A DNA stretch of 63,956 bases, the filler included, from Globobulimina sp. (Eukaryota): assembly GCA_003354225.1 (NCBI GenBank). It is 19 parts of 19 records of this genome, joined end to end, with 100 filler letters (N's around TTAATTAATTAA, not from the genome) between each part and the next. Parts side by side here need not be neighbours in the genome. Positions count along the whole stretch, not along the records: positions 60,689 to 63,956 come from PIVH01003252.1; 18 more parts are not named here. One strand, written 5' to 3'. A program made the position numbers and the translations under genes. Below the pieces are notes generated by a model. The model made no database searches, was not told where the DNA came from, and saw only the letters and a list, made by a program, of their open reading frames with translations. Below are positions 62,330 through 63,956 of the stretch, one piece after another; position 1 is the first letter of the stretch; each line of letters opens with the position of its first letter.

Positions 62330-63065
62330 TTTCCGAAGAACTTATCCGATGATCAAGAAAATGCTATAAAAGACCTTCGGGAGCATCCAGTAATTATTCA
62401 ACGTCCATCTTATAAAACGGGCAATTATGTCTTCACAACATCAGATAATTATTATACGCAATCACGGAAGACGATTTTGAAGCAGAATTTAGTCCCTCTG
62501 CCAGAATTTGATTTATCTAAAATGGCTCAAACATTTAACAAGTTATTACTTCATTGGTTTAAAGCCGGCGAGCTAACGTTTGAATGGATCGAAGCAATAA
62601 AGGCTCGGTATCCTTTCGATTATTACTATAAAGCATCAATTATGTATTGTCAATACAAAGACCATAAACCGGATCCGCGGTCGCAACGTGCAATCAGCTC
62701 TTCATGCGGTACAATGTTTAAACCCACAATGCAAATGATTCTATATCACCTCCTTCCACAATGGTATCAATTAAATTATCAAATAAAAAACACGAAGGCA
62801 ATAATGCACTCCATTCTGCCGCTGACGAGGGTAACTTACTGTTTTTTGCAGCGTCGATTTTGCAGCCCAAGTATGTGATTTTGTGATGATAATTTTTGAT
62901 TTGCTCCTACAAAACACAACGAGTGGGTCAAACAAGTTTGTGATCTGCAATTGATTTATTCTGGGCGGTACCGGGACGATTATCTGATACTTGCTGCAGG
63001 AGATTTGGATGATGTTTATTTGCTGAGGGAAGGTTTGAATCATTTATTAGATTTCAACACAATGC
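62330..63065 (+). pseudogene. Penelope-like retroelement reverse transcriptase remnant
   Basis: NLSDDQENAIKDL..IIQRPSYKTG, YKDHKP..RAISSSCGT, then in another frame YSGRYRDD (TAC at 62969); frameshifts and an internal deletion. Confidence 0.75.
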
Positions 63066-63288
63066 ACGCAACCCCCATTACGGCGATCTTTATAGTAGAA
63101 ACATTAAAAATGTTTACGAGGATTTGGTAATGCAGTCGTTTTATGACAACGACGGCGTCATTCAGCAGACAAATTCATTGATTTTGAAGGGGATTATTCA
63201 AACAATATTAAAACATTTTACTGGTCTCGATGGCACAAAATTTTATCGTTATAATGGTGGCGATATAATAAATTGACAAGATCTCAAT

Positions 63289-63915
63289 GTGAAGCAGAAT
63301 TATGTGAATTTGAGTCAAATGTATTCGATTATTAAAGGCTTGAACGGTATCACTGATTTTAAGAAATTAAATACATTTACGTCAGACTTTAAGAATAAAG
63401 TTGACCAAAAAATGATTGATGCAGAGACGATAGCAATGTCCAATTATAATCATAATATCATGAAGTTGCAGAATTTTGTCATTAATAATAATATTGACAT
63501 CGTCAATCTTTTTGATGTACCTATCAATGAATTACGAGAAGCTTTGGATGATGCTGTAATCGCTCCATTGCCTCTTCCCCCGTTACCCAGTACCCCTTCA
63601 GCCCCATCTATTGATGTTAACAATCATTTATTCGATCCATACGACCCCCATCGATCTCCGATCATTATGAGCCCTCCAATTAATAATTCATTTGTTGATA
63701 ATTTGCTGTTATCACAATCCGTTGACTCTGCTGTCAATGACATTTGTGGGTTAATGGAGATCGAGGATGTCCAGTCTGAGATTCATCATTCAGTCATTTC
63801 GTGTAATAGTAATGCAGCATTTATATGCGATATGGAGGGCACATTTTTTGCGGAACAGAATTGTGGAGTTTTTGCTATGTTTTATGGAACAATCATTGCG
63901 GAAATGTCAACGTGA
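63289..63915 (+). CDS. Hypothetical Pro-rich protein fragment
   Basis: 208-aa ORF with no recognised domain. Confidence 0.35.
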   Translation: MKQNYVNLSQMYSIIKGLNGITDFKKLNTFTSDFKNKVDQKMIDAETIAMSNYNHNIMKLQNFVINNNIDIVNLFDVPINELREALDDAVIAPLPLPPLPSTPSAPSIDVNNHLFDPYDPHRSPIIMSPPINNSFVDNLLLSQSVDSAVNDICGLMEIEDVQSEIHHSVISCNSNAAFICDMEGTFFAEQNCGVFAMFYGTIIAEMST

Positions 63916-63956
63916 TATGTAGTTAGTTTATGGAACAGGTTTTTGAATTGCGGAAA

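Noticed and set aside
60689-63956. Hammerhead ribozyme near the Penelope-like RT
   Set aside because: No CTGANGA plus GAAA core with supporting stems was found by eye on either strand.

Overview
This window is not one locus. It is 19 unrelated contigs of about 3.27 kb, sorted by length and joined by an artificial spacer (44 N + TTAATTAATTAA + 44 N). Most contigs are AT-rich eukaryotic DNA with short GT-AG introns. The gene repertoire (Kelch/SAM, Kelch-TM, TPR, orphan 7TM receptors, PPR-SMR, Cys-less pLGIC, class II HMG-CoA reductase) resembles a rhizarian, foraminifer/Reticulomyxa-like protist; this assignment is an inference. One contig carries a Sola3-like DNA transposon that may come from another organism, and one short segment looks bacterial. 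Several contigs contain abrupt mid-gene junctions, probably amplification or assembly chimeras. The most notable observations are: (1) a myosin gene with three identical 6-nt Gly-Lys micro-exons (AG|GGCAAG|GT) in the basic loop-3 region; (2) a CRE-like non-LTR reverse transcriptase with a PHD finger and zinc fingers; (3) a spliced fusion of an adenylyl-cyclase-type membrane block to a PAQR domain; (4) a class II HMGR with a helical, isoprenoid-synthase-like tail; (5) a beta-lactamase-fold hydrolase fused to an apparently inactive C39-like domain; (6) a tyrosinase lacking CuB histidines; (7) a Penelope-like RT remnant next to a structured GC-rich island; and (8) a contig with a 119-bp terminal repeat made of gene fragments. 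All family calls come from motifs recognised by eye; no searches were run.
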